In this document: one piece after another, positions 38,691 through 51,189 of the stretch | Layout: the number at the start of each line of letters is the position of its first letter | Position numbering within the stretch: position 1 is the first letter of the stretch | Position numbers and translations under genes: made by a program | The notes under the pieces: model-generated | What the model was told of the DNA's origin: nothing | Seen by the model: the letters and a program-made list of their open reading frames with translations, nothing else | Databases searched by the model: none | Source: Octopus vulgaris | Lineage: Eukaryota | DNA length: 64,000 bases | Assembly: GCA_951406725.2 (NCBI GenBank) | Contig: OX597827.1 | Location: forward strand, 34,658,001 to 34,722,000 | Reading direction: 5' to 3'

Positions 38691-40511
38691 GGTCAATGGA
38701 ACCTGCATTGAAGCTTGTTGTGCATGTGTGTGTTCTCCCACTCACAGCTTGATAACCAGTGTTGGTTTGTTTACATCTCTGTAACTTAGTGGTCTGGGTA
38801 CAAGAGGCTAAACCAGGCATGGGCAAACTTTTTGCAGAAACGGGCCACATAAGCCACGACTCATCATCAGGTGGGCTGCACAATTAAAAAAATTCAAGGT
38901 AATTTTTTTATTGGTGTGCCAGTCAGAAAGCCCTGAGTGTCACATTTAGTCCATGAATGGATAAATCCTTAGATTGAAGTCCAATAAGTGAAAGAAGTAA
39001 AACAAAAGATGTATGTTATGTACAAATATGCAACTGGGAGTGGAATCATTCAATCGTATCTCACCCTGCTAATGTATGTCATCATCATCATCAACATTTA
39101 GCATCTGTTTTTCATGCTGGCATGGGCTGGATGGCTTGACAGGAACTGGCAGAGCCAGAGGCTGCACCAAGTTCCACAGTCTGTTTTGGCTTGTTTTCTA
39201 TGGCTTGATGCCCTTCCTAATGCCAACCATTCCAGAGTGTACTGGGTGCTTTTTGCATGGCACCAGTATCCACACCAATGCTTTTTACATAGCGCCTTGG
39301 TTCTAGGATCTCAATTCTGTTGTGGTTGTAGAAACACTTGGAAAATAAAGTAAATTGGTTTGCCAGGAAGATGAGGAAAAGTTGAATGTTTCAGATAAAA
39401 CACTTTGTAAGGAAGAAATGTTTTCTGTTGATTCTAAATACTATAAATTGAAAGTAGTTTCCTCAGATCCTACTGTTTAATATTACAAGTCAGGATCAGC
39501 AAAGGTTTACTACCTTTTTACCGTTTGTTTATCTTATAGATAGCATGAGACAGACAGGTCTGAAATATAAATGATATCCATTCTAACCACAGCTCCAATA
39601 TTTCGGGCATGTGGCAAGAACAACTGAAGAAAGAATCATAAGACAGATTTGACAAAGCAGCCTAGCAGGAGATGAGTGAGATGATTGGATAATATTCATT
39701 GCCTCATATGGTCTTGCCTAGGGATCTGGCAGGAATGATTACTGACAGTTGTTTCTGATATGACTTTATAAGGTGTGTCTGAGGACTCTGCTGCTAAGGC
39801 CTGCCAACTATGAAGATGGACGGTATTTTGTGTTATCACATCTATGAGACAGTCTCAAGGTCCTCTGATTTCCTTCTTGTAATATTTCACACCAAGAATT
39901 CCTTAGTTGACTATATGATGAATGTTTGTATGTGTGAGTGCATATATGTGTGTGTATATGTATGTGTATCATCATCATCGTTTAACGTCTGCTTTCCATG
40001 CTAGCATGGGTTGGACGATTTTGACTGAGGGCTGGCGAGCCAGATGGCTGCACCAGGCTCCAATCTTGATCTAGCAGAGTTTCTACAGCTGGATGCCCTT
40101 CCTAATGCCAACCACTGTGAGAGTGTAGTGGGTGCTATATATATATAGTGGAGGAAGGAAATATTCAACAAAATTTCAAAAATTGCTTTCTTTTTCTTAA
40201 AAGTATATTTGAAACCTCATCTTTATCCATGCAAAATCTACAGTTTAATTCACACTCTTTCACAATGAAATTGATGGGTTGGTAATAAATAAGAGAGGAA
40301 TCTCATCACTTTACATGCTCCTTGAGTCAAGTCAGTTTTTCCAACACACATCAGTGATTGCCAAGCCAATGGCAACAAAGCCTCTATGCTACAGGTGGGA
40401 ACCCTCACCTACACTCAAATTTGAAATGACCTACACATGAAGTTCTCTAAAAACTTCATCTGAAAGAAATAAAAGTTGTAAATCTCAATGCTAATACAGT
40501 TAACTTAATAC

Positions 40512-40692
40512 ATCATATTTACTCATGTATAAGTTGCACTATTTTAGACTTGATTTTAAAGGAAAAAAAAAGCTGGGTTGTGATTAATATATAGAACAAA
40601 GCTGAAATCAAGTTTGATTATGGAAATAAAAATTTTGTACGAATATTTAACATCAAAATAGGAGTGTGACTTATAAACAAGTAAATATGGTA
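40512..40692. mobile_element. Decayed Tc2/pogo-like MITE
   Basis: Imperfect TIRs catatttactcatgtataagttgcac and gtgtgacttataaacaagtaaatatggta. Confidence 0.6.
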
Positions 40693-41628
40693 ATTTGCAT
40701 ACTTCGAAATTTGTAATGTTAAAGGTAATTTTTTTTTTTTGGAGAAATGTTGTCTACAACTTCACAGGTTTCTATATACCTGTTCACAACCTCCATGGAT
40801 TGTTACATACCTGTAATTCACCTCAGGTCCTCAAAAGGTATCTATGCCCTATACCAACAAAAACAACAATAAAAGAGAAAAAGATTCACAGGCACAAATG
40901 AATATTTATTGTCCGAGCAGAAAATGAAATTAATGAAGAAACAATGGTAGAGACATCAGCTCCCTTGGCGGTTATATAGTTCCAATGTCTTCCAAGGGAT
41001 CTGGTATATTTCTGTCTCATTGAGTGGGTATATGCATAGACTGGGTGGTATAGTTGTATACATATATATACACACACATATAACGTGTACATACATATGT
41101 ACACGCACACACATACACATGCACAAGTGAGTGCACATATGTATGTGTATAATGTGTGTGCATATGTACATATATGTATAATTTTGTGGAAAGAAGTCAA
41201 TGACTAATGAGCCTACTATGTATGTGTATACACACGTATCTATACATATAAAATACATATACACATACAGTTACTTATACAAATGCATACATACATGCTT
41301 ATATATATATACGCACACATATATATATACACACACAGATATATATGTGTGCGTATATACACACACACATATACATACATATACACAAATTTTTATTGAT
41401 AGACAGATAGACAGACAGAGAGGTAAGTAGATACACAGATGCACTAGTTAACACTATCTATTCTAGAGACAGGAGTTGTTCACTAAGATCAGGTAGGTAT
41501 TGAGGCAAGTAAACTGCTGTCTTACCCAACAAACAATGATTGTTGCAAGGTTTTTGTGATGATTTCAGCACCAATTGCATAGTTACTTAGCAAAGAAGGG
41601 AAGAAATTTGTTGATATATACATGTGTG

Positions 41629-41660
<32 letters not shown>

Positions 41661-42597
41661 CACACACACATGCACATATAGATATACATGCATACATATA
41701 CATACACGTGTACACACACACACATATAAAACAAAGTAAAAAAAAATCTAGTTTGTAAATATTGTTATGTTGCCTGTAAAGTGTGCCATGTGATAGCTAT
41801 TCTCTAGTTAAAGGATTTATTCAAAACAATGGGATTGAGATGATGGGGTTGGAGTGTACCATAATGCTGTCATTTTTAGGTTTGGAAAGGTGGAGTGGAA
41901 GAAAAGGAAGACAACACAGACTAATAGTGTGTCCCTCTCCTCCACCACTGAGCAGTACAACAAATGGCATGAATGTCACCACCACCACTACCATTTTCAT
42001 CATTATCATCATCAACAAGAATGATTTAAAGATTTCTTTTTTCCACGACTCAAGGCCCAAGGTTTATAGGTGGCAAAAGGATTTCCCAACGATGTAAAAC
42101 AAATTTACATTATAAAAGAAAATCAGACAGCTCCCGCAAAGATGAAACTGATATACCGTTATGCTAGCCACCATATTTATAATTTTTATTAATAATAAGA
42201 GTCTCTTTACATTGGCACAAGATACCCGATTTGTAAGTTGGGGAGGGGGGATGTATATTCAGTTGAAATTGAGACTCCAGCAGGATTTGAATTGAGAAAT
42301 TGGAATAGGGAAAACCTAAAAACTACAATAGAGTCTCAGTTACCCGAATAATAATAAAAATGGTTTCAAATTTTGGCACAAGGCCAGCAAGTCTGGAGGA
42401 GAATAGTTGATTACATTGACCCCAATACTCAACTGGTACTTATTTTATCCACCCTGAAAGGATGAAAAGCAAAGTCAACCTTGGCAGAACTTCAACTCAT
42501 AAAGTAAAGATAGACAAAATGCTGCTAAGCATTTTGCCTGGTGTGCTAATGATTCTGCTAGCACATTGCCTTAATAATAATAATAATAATAATGATG

Positions 42598-42633
<36 letters not shown>

Positions 42634-43795
42634 GTCAACATTGACCCCCAACTGGAAAAGAAAGTGAACACTTTCAGTTTGAAATCCCCTCACACACAAA
42701 CAATACAACATACACACATTAATACACATTATGCATATACACAGCTAAAATGATACATTGTCTCATACCCTGATGAAATGATCGATCGGAGGAGGAAAAG
42801 AGTTTGGTAATGAATAATGGAGATGTGGGAATGGGAGCAATGCTAAGAAGAACACACTGGTGGCATAGGGGTTGGAACAAAGGCTGGTGTGGCAAAATTT
42901 GGATGAAGCTTTCGTTCCAATGAAGAGGGATGGGGTGTTTACACAGCCACCTGTGCAACCCTTGAGTCTCTTAATGAGTGTGTGTGTATGTGTGTGTAAA
43001 TGTTGGTGACAAAGCAGAAAGGGAAAAGCGTTTTTTATAGTTGAGAAAATGGTTGTTAAACCCTGTGTAAAGTTATAGTGAAGGGAGTGGGAATCAGTGT
43101 GATAGTATGAAAAAAGGTACAATAATGTACACTAATTGAAATATTTTGGACAACAGTTTAAAAAAATTTTTTTTTTCTACACACATACACACACACTCAC
43201 CCTGTGTACAACAATATATGTGGTTGTGCGGGTTCATGCTGTATATGTACATAAATATATGTGTGTGTGTATATATGTATATATATATACAGACACATAC
43301 ATGTACATACGTGCATGCAAACACACAGAAACTGTGTTGCTTCCTTTTTGATTTTTTTTTTATTCTTAAAGGATTTTGTCTAGTACATATAAGTGTGTGT
43401 GTGAGTATACATACATTGTTTCTACCATAGGCACAAGGCCTGAAATTTTTCAGGGAGGGGCCAGTCAATTACACTGATCTCGGTGCTCAACTGGTACTTA
43501 TTTTATCAACCCTGAAAGTATGAAAGGCAAAGTTGACCTCCGTAGCATTTGAACTCAGAATGTAAAGACCTGGAAGAAATGCTGCTTAGCAATTTTTCTG
43601 GCACAGTATTAATTCTTTCAGCTCTCTGCCTTTGTTTACACACACACACACACACATATGTATGTAGATACATTACATGTATGAATGGATGAAAAAGAAA
43701 GTAACCATGCAGGTAGACACATATACACACACATTAAAGTGTGTGTAACACATATCTGCATGTGTGTGTGTGTATATTTATATATATATATACAC

Positions 43796-43826
<31 letters not shown>

Positions 43827-43966
43827 TATGTATGCCTGTATTTGTGTATAGATGTAAATGAATAAGTGGTTCTATGTATCTATGCATGCAGGCATGCATT
43901 ACACGCTGACAAAAAAGATTCTCTACTCATGTGGATAGTAAATTACAAAATACCAGTTAAAAGTAT

Positions 43967-44000
<34 letters not shown>

Positions 44001-45459
44001 CGTTCTGATTTTGGCACAAGGCCAGATATTTTGAAGTGGGATAAGGGTAGTCAATACCATTGACCTCAGTACTTGACTGGTACTTTATTTAATCTACTCC
44101 AGAGGGATGAAAAGCAAAGTGAACCTCGGGGAATTTTGAACTTGGAATATGAAAGAGCAAGAAGTACTGCAAAACATTTTGACCATTGCTCAAATGATTC
44201 TGTGATTCCATCGCTATTAACAATAATTGTTTCTTAGATAGGCACAAGGCCAGAAATTTTGAGGGGATGGGGTAAGCTGATGCCGTCAACATCAGTACTT
44301 GGCTGGTATTTGATTGACCTCCAAAGGGTGACAGGCAAAGTTGACTAAAATGGGATTTAAATGCAGAAAATAAAGAGACAGAAGAAATAATGTAAAACAT
44401 TTTGTCTGTCACTCTATCGATTTTACCAGTCCACCTTCCTAATAATGATAATGATAACGATGATTTTTACATGGGCACAAGGCCAAAAATCTATGAAGTT
44501 GTGGGGTAGGTGAATAGCCAAGTATACTGATACCAGTATTTGACTGATACTTTATTTTAGTCGACCTTAGAAAGGTGAAGGCAAAGTCTATCTTAAAACC
44601 CAGAATGTAAAAGGAACGTAAGTCAACTACCCCAAGGCATTTTGCCTAAATGCTCAACTGATTCTGCCAAATGACATTAAAAATTCTTCTTAATAATAAT
44701 AATAATAAAAAAATGGTATTAAGTGATAAAGAATTAATAAATGTATTGTTTTCTGTAGAAGCCAAGAGTTTCGTAGAAGTGGAGGTTGATTTTTTTTGCG
44801 GGTGTTTTTACAATTTTTTTTGCGCAATTGATGCTGGAAACCACAAGAGTGGGACCTACACATCCGCAAGAAACATTTCGTTCTATTCTTTCCTTTTCTT
44901 TTTTCTCCTTCCAATGAGTAGCAGAGCGGAGGCAAAGATTTGGCATTTTCTGAGGAAAGTGGGGATTGGGCGAGAGTTTTAGGGAAACAAAGGAAGAACA
45001 AATAAACACTAATAAGAAACAGCAGCAACTGAAGCAAACAGCACCAGCCTGCAGAGAAAGAGAGTTATTTGGAGGTTGTATACAACACACCGTGTGTGCA
45101 TGTGCATACATACATACATATATATAGATATATAAAAGTATGTATGTACATTTACATTTACAGTTCTCAAATGAAGACGGAGAAGACTACATCTCCAGAA
45201 AAGAACTATCTAGAATAAATACATAGGTATATGTGTGTGTGTGTGTGTGTGTGTGTAAGTATGATGTGTTTTATGCATAAGATGTGTGTCCATTCATGTT
45301 CCTGATAAGCATTGCGCTTCAAATGAATATGCCATCTTGCTGTTTTAGTTAAAAGATAATTAGAGAGCAATGTTTCCAATTCTACATTATAGGAAGGGAC
45401 AGGCCCATACCCATCAGGGGGGAAGGGTGTTAGTATTAGTAATGTTACAATTTCATTTT

Positions 45460-46280
45460 TGGTTTTGTTGTTGAAAATGGTGCTGCTAGTTATTCTTGTT
45501 CAATTGCTGTTTTTTTTCTTTACTGCTGTTTCATTGCTGTTATGTTTTTACTGCTGTTGCTGCGGTCTGTTTTTGTTGTTTGACTGCTGTTGTTGCTGTG
45601 TTTTACAGTTGTTACTGTTTTTACTGCTATTGTTTTTTTTTTGTGGCTTTACTGATGCTGTTTCTGTTTTATTGCTGTCAATGCTGTTTTATTGCTGTTA
45701 TTTGTTTTTACTGCTGCCATTTCTGGGGGATTTTTGGCTGTTTTATTGCTGCTGTTTCTGTTTTACTACTGTTGTTGTTGGTTTAGTGCTGCTGCTGTTG
45801 TCATTTAATTATTGCTGCCATTACTATTATTAAATTGCACTCACTGCAATCACATTCATTGCTACAGCTCAAGTTGTTACAATTACTGCAAGGATGTTGC
45901 AAATGCAGCGGTTATTGTTGTTGCCATTACTTCCAACCTGTTGATACTAGCATTGTTGATGACATCAGTTCTTGCTTTTATCTCTGCTGGTGGTGTTATT
46001 GCAGGTGCTGTTGTAGCTCTTATTTCTATTGTCACAGCTGCTATTACTAGCACTGCAGCTGCTGTTTTGGTTCTTAACATATTTGCAGCTATTCTTTAAA
46101 ATGCTGCAGTTGTCTTTCAGTTTACTGCAGTCGTTTTCTATTTTACAAATGCAGCAGCTGTATCTTAGTGTCACTTTTATACTGCAACTGCAGCTGTCAT
46201 TATTTTCCTCCTGTTTACAAGTAAGTTTTCTGCAGCTCACAAGCTGCAGCTAATAATGCAGTTGTTGTTGTTTATACAGT
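45460..46280 (-). repeat. Cryptic (CAG/CAA/AAAC)-rich low-complexity tract in the presumed 3' UTR of ZNF gene 2
   Basis: The + strand is dominated by ctg/ttg/tttt words, with many CAGCTG/CTGCAG palindromes in 45830-46260. Confidence 0.75.
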
Positions 46281-46289
46281 GTTAGGTTG

Positions 46290-47103
46290 TTACGAGTACA
46301 GGGCTTGCCATAAGTGATTGCTCACCTGGGAGGAGTATTCTTTCATGTTTTTGTACGAAGAACCTTTCAGAAAGTTGTTCTGCATGAATGACATTGCAGC
46401 CGGGGTGGGATGGGGGTGGGGGTGGGAATGGTTGTTGTGGTGAGCGTTTCGGAACTGAGCGTGCGTTCGCTTGTGCCTTTGCAGCTTGTCCGTGCGAGCG
46501 AACTGCTTGCCGCACGCCTCACAACTGAATGGTTTCTCGCCGGTATGAGTCCGCTTGTGGATCTGCAAAGTGTCTCGTCTCGCAAACTGTTGGATGCAGT
46601 AGTCGCAGCGGAATGGTTTCTCAAAGGTGTGGGTCCTCTTGTGACAGATGAGCGTGTCGCGACGGGCGAAACGATCTCCGCAGACGTCGCAGGCGAAGGC
46701 CTTCTCGCCGGTATGAGTCCGCTTGTGGATCTGCAGAGTGTCACCGCGGGCAAACTGCTGAATGCAGAAGTCGCAGTGAAAGGGTTTCTCGCAGGTGTGG
46801 GTCCTCCTATGACAACGGAGCGTGTCACGCCTCGCAAACTGTTCGCTGCAAAAATCGCAACGAAACGGTTTTTCGCCGGTGTGGGTGCGCTTGTGGCAAA
46901 TGAGGGTGTCACGTCGTGCAAACTGTTTGGGGCACGACTCGCAATGAAATGGTTTCTCGCCAGTGTGGGTGCGTTTGTGGCATTGAAGTGTGTCTCGGCG
47001 TGCAAATTTCTTCATACAGACATCACAGTGGTAGGGCTTCTCTCGCTGCTCTGTAGCAGTTGGCTGTTGTTGTTGTTGCTGTTGTTGTTGAGATTGTTGA
47101 CCG

Positions 47104-47134
<31 letters not shown>

Positions 47135-47828
47135 GATGGTGGTTGTTGGCATTGTTGTTAATGCTGCTGTTTTCATTGCCATGCATGTGAACATGGTGTG
47201 CAGACTGCGATGATGGGGTTCGGTTTGATATGTGGTGGCCACTGGGTAGTATGTCAGAGGTAGGGGGAGAGGAGCAAGGCCCACCACTGCCTGTCACTCT
47301 TAAAGGGGATACTGCTGATGATGGTGTTGTTGTTGTTGTCGATGGTGTTGAAGATGACGATGACGAGGATGACGGCCCCGGTGGAGGCATCACACCTGAG
47401 TGAGAGTGGGTAGGAGACTTGGATCCGCCACCACTCTGAATAGCATAGGGCTTGCCATAGTTATCCCAGCTGGAGTTGTTGCTAGCATTGTTATTGTTGT
47501 TGCTCTCGGTACCCATGTTGTTGCCGCTGCTTGTGTTGTTGCTGGTGTTGGCTGAGGATTCAGAGGAACAGGGCATGCGACTCAGATTGTGAGAGCTTCC
47601 ATGCTGTTGCTGGGGGTGGCAACCGGCATGGTTAGGATGATGGTGATGGTGGTGGTGATGGTGGGGGTGGGTGTGAGAATGGGGGTGGGAGTGGGCATGC
47701 AGGGACTGTGAGTGCTGGCGCAGCTCACAGCTCGGTGGTGCATACTGCATGCCACTGCACATATCCTCTCCAGCATGATGTGCAAATGGAGGTGCAGGGG
47801 GCATGGACCCGACAACTTTCTCATTCAT
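46290..47828 (-). CDS. C2H2 zinc-finger transcription factor (ZNF gene 2): 7 tandem fingers and a polyHis/polyGln/polySer N-terminus
   Basis: 512-aa uninterrupted ORF with seven fingers and TGEKP-type linkers (~46461-47033). An in-frame TAG 8 codons upstream supports the ATG at 47828. Confidence 0.96.
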
Positions 47829-48089
47829 CTTCAGTCTGAATGCTTGTAGCTACACTCCAGCTGTAAGTAAGGTGCAATTGTGCAGACCAGGTTGTTGTTT
47901 TGATGCAGCAGCCACAATTGCAACAAGCAGTTCAACAGCATAACATGCACTGAAACAGATAGAAGCTCATTCCAGATGGAGTTTTCAAGGAAAGTTTCTG
48001 ATGAACTCGAGTAACATCCATATCAGGAACAGTCTGGGCTGGTTATACTTGAAGGCTTCATTTCAAGAATTTCCTTTAGCACTCTTCTC

Positions 48090-48120
48090 CTGGAAAAAAC
48101 AAAGAGGAAATGAAACTAAA
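48090..48120 (-). promoter_or_regulatory. Splice acceptor for the ZNF gene 2 coding exon
   Basis: The minus strand reads tttagtttcatttcctctttgttttttccag|gaga, a strong polypyrimidine tract followed by CAG. The exon would start at 48089. Confidence 0.65.
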
Positions 48121-48569
48121 GAGAGACTGGAAAGAAAAAAAAATTAATTTAGTATTTCTATGTATACAAACATACACCTGTAAGGAAGTTTCTTGGTAGT
48201 TATTTGACCCAAGCAATGATATCACAAAATCTCCCTCAACAGACTCTTCAAAATGACAACCCTGAGATGAAGGAACTTTCTATGTAGTCAAATGAGACCA
48301 AATCTTCCCAAATATTGATTTATTGATCATGCTGAAGTCAAACTGACTTCAGCATCATCAGTGAAGGAAGCTTATAATGAACCAAAAGGTACTCTCAGGC
48401 ATGTTTACAAGTTAAAAGCTCATTCTGAAAGTTCAAACCATAAGGATCTGGTGATAAAAACAAGCAGCTTTTCAATTAAATACAACCAAAAATTTCTCTT
48501 TGCATGTTTCATACCAAACAACTGCCTAGTATTTGTATGTGTGTGTATACAAATACTAGGGAGTATATA

Positions 48570-48624
<55 letters not shown>

Positions 48625-48632
48625 GTGTGTGT

Positions 48633-48916
48633 GGAGGCGCAATGGCCCAGTGGTTAGGGTAGCAGACTCGCGGTCGTAGGATCGCGGTTTCGATTCCCAG
48701 TCCAGGCGTTGTGAGTGTTTATAGAGAGAAAACACCTAAAAGCTCCACGAGCTCCGGCAGGGGGTGGTGATCCCTGCTGTACTCTTTCTCTCACTCTTTC
48801 TTCTGTTGGCCTGCTCACTTAGCCAGCGGGGTGGCGTCATTTGAAGGCTAAAACAATGCGAACGCATTGTGACCAGCGATGTGTAGCAACATCTGATGGT
48901 CTGGTCGGTCACGTGA
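48633..48916 (+). mobile_element. Young tRNA(Arg)-like SINE, possibly of the octopus OR type
   Basis: A-box TGGCCCAGTGG, a TCG anticodon-like loop and B-box GGTTTCGATTCC. CpGs are retained and it is embedded in (TG)/(TA) repeats. Confidence 0.8.
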
Positions 48917-49037
48917 TATATATATATATACAATGAAAGTAAACAAAGTTTGCTTTTTAGAAGCGTTGAGATGTATTGAAAGATACAGAAATAATTTATT
49001 CTCAAATGCATGATAATACTAATACAATAGCACGAAC

Positions 49038-49119
49038 AGGATAAACTATCCATACATTGCAGAAAAATTTGTTACTGGCCAGTAATGAATTTTTCTTCAA
49101 TATATGGATAGTTTATCCT
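49038..49119. repeat. 82-bp near-perfect palindrome
   Basis: 41-bp arms with 4 mismatches and no spacer, centred on 49078/49079. Confidence 0.9.
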
Positions 49120-49705
49120 AAATTATTTGTGTGTGTATGTGTGTGTGTATGTATATACATATATATAACACCTTCCTTATCTAAATATACATTTTAATAC
49201 ACTTCGTTAACAATTTATTCGCATGCATGTTTGATTCAATAATTTTAATGTGCAAGGATTTTTACACTGACACAAATGTAATTTTCTACATATATTTTCA
49301 TAGAAAACTTCCACTGTATGAATTCATATTTCTATAATAACTATTTTTACACAATTATACATCAATAACATACATAATATACTTTGCTTAGAATATGTTT
49401 AAAGACATTTGATTCGATCATTTTAACAGTACACATAGCTTTTCCATCTCATACAAACACAATTTTCTATACATTTGTCATTTAATAATTCTACCAATGA
49501 CTACTATCACATCACCCTGAGTTTTTTTTTTAAAGAACAAAATCTTTTATGTATCTCAATCATTTTAGTCAAATGAATCAACCTCATTAATTTTTTTTTT
49601 AAGTTTGGCACCTATTCTACAGGGGGATTCAAAAGTCACCATAAATAGGAAAAATTTCGTTTTTTATAAGAAACAGTTAAATAAAAAAAAATAAATTGTT
49701 CTTAT

Positions 49706-50106
49706 GCGTAGGAGTGGCTGTGTGGTAAGTAGCTTGCTTACCAACCACATGGTTCCAGGTTCATTCCCACTGCGTGGCACCTTGGGCAAGTGTCTTCTAC
49801 TTTAGACTCGGGCCGACCAAATCCTTGTGAGTGGATTTGGTAGACGGAAGCTGAAAGAAGCCCGTCGTATATATGTATATACATATGTATGTGTGTGCGT
49901 ATATGTTGTGTATCTGTGTTTGTCCCCCCAACATCACTTGACAACTGATGCTGGTGTGTTTAGGTCCCTGTAACTTAGCGTTTCGTCAAAAGAGACCGAT
50001 AGAATAAGTACTAGGCTTACAAAGAATAAGTCCTGGGGTCGATTTGATTCGACTAAAGGCGGTGCTCCAGCATGGCCGCAGACAAATGACTGAAACAAGT
50101 AAAAGA
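49706..50106 (+). mobile_element. Full-length young copy of the dominant SINE family
   Basis: gcgtaggagtggctgtgtggtaag...ggcaccttgggcaagtg...(TA/TG)n...gactgaaacaagtaaaag. Many older copies occur, e.g. ~9920-10300, ~12228-12600, ~17778-18160, ~35555-35890, ~36068-36475 (minus) and ~55135-55560. Confidence 0.88.
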
Positions 50107-50971
50107 ATGCATGGCGACTTTTCAATCACCCTGTATTGATCTCCTTTGCTGAACTGCTAGCTAACAGGGACGTAACAACACCAATACCAGTTGTTACGTG
50201 GTGGTGATGGTGGTGGGGAGGAGGGACACAAACACAGACAACAACGTATGTGTGCACACGTACACACACACATGTATATGACAAGCTTCTTTTAGTTTTC
50301 ATCAACCAAATCCACTCACATGGCTTTGGTCAGCCAGAGGTTATAGTAGAGGACACTTACCCAAGATGTCATGCAGTGGGACTGAACTCATTTTCACCAC
50401 CCAATGAAAGCTTGTTATCAATTGAATATTTTCCCTGTTTTATTATATATACATACATACCGTCCAACCCATGCCAGCATGGGAAGCGGATGTTCAACAA
50501 TGATGATGATACCTAAACACATATATATATGTGTGTATATATGAGATATGTGTGTGTGTGAGTGTGTGTATATGCACATATATATCCTTTTTTTAATACT
50601 TGTTTCAGTCATTAAAATGTGGCCATGCTGGGGTATCACGTTGAAGAAATTTTAGTTGAATGAATTGACCTCAGTATTTATATTTTGTGTGTGTGTGTGT
50701 GTGTATGTGAGAGCGAGAGAGCATACATACATATATTATCATCAACATCATTTTCATGTCCACTTCTCTATGATCAAATGGGTTGGACAGGTTATGTTGA
50801 GGTGGATTTTCTATGCACAGACGCCCTTCCTGCTGTAAACACTGACCTGTTTCCCCCGCAAAATAATATTTTCCCAAGACAAAGGACCCTGCTTGTAAGA
50901 CCATGACACTCGTTTACAACAATCACATGATGTCAAGGTATGGAGACAGTCACATACACACACATCACGTA

Positions 50972-51015
<44 letters not shown>

Positions 51016-51101
51016 TACATACATACAAATGTCTGGTGCAGGTTTCTGCCTGGCCATCTTATGTCAAACCATTGCACCCATGCTGGCATGGAAGGTGGAT
51101 G

Positions 51102-51146
<45 letters not shown>

Positions 51147-51189
51147 TATAGATATATATATATATAGATATATATATATATAATATATA

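Noticed and set aside
45459-46253. Hydrophobic or Cys-rich plus-strand ORFs resembling membrane proteins
   Set aside because: They arise from the CTG/TTG low-complexity tract and are open in several frames at once.
46367-47213. Overlapping 267-aa antisense ORF and 212-aa alternative-frame ORF
   Set aside because: They are shadows of the GC-rich, repetitive zinc-finger CDS and contain no recognisable domain.
48633-48710. Functional tRNA-Arg gene
   Set aside because: It has A and B boxes but continues into a SINE body without a clean acceptor stem or terminator, so it is a SINE head.
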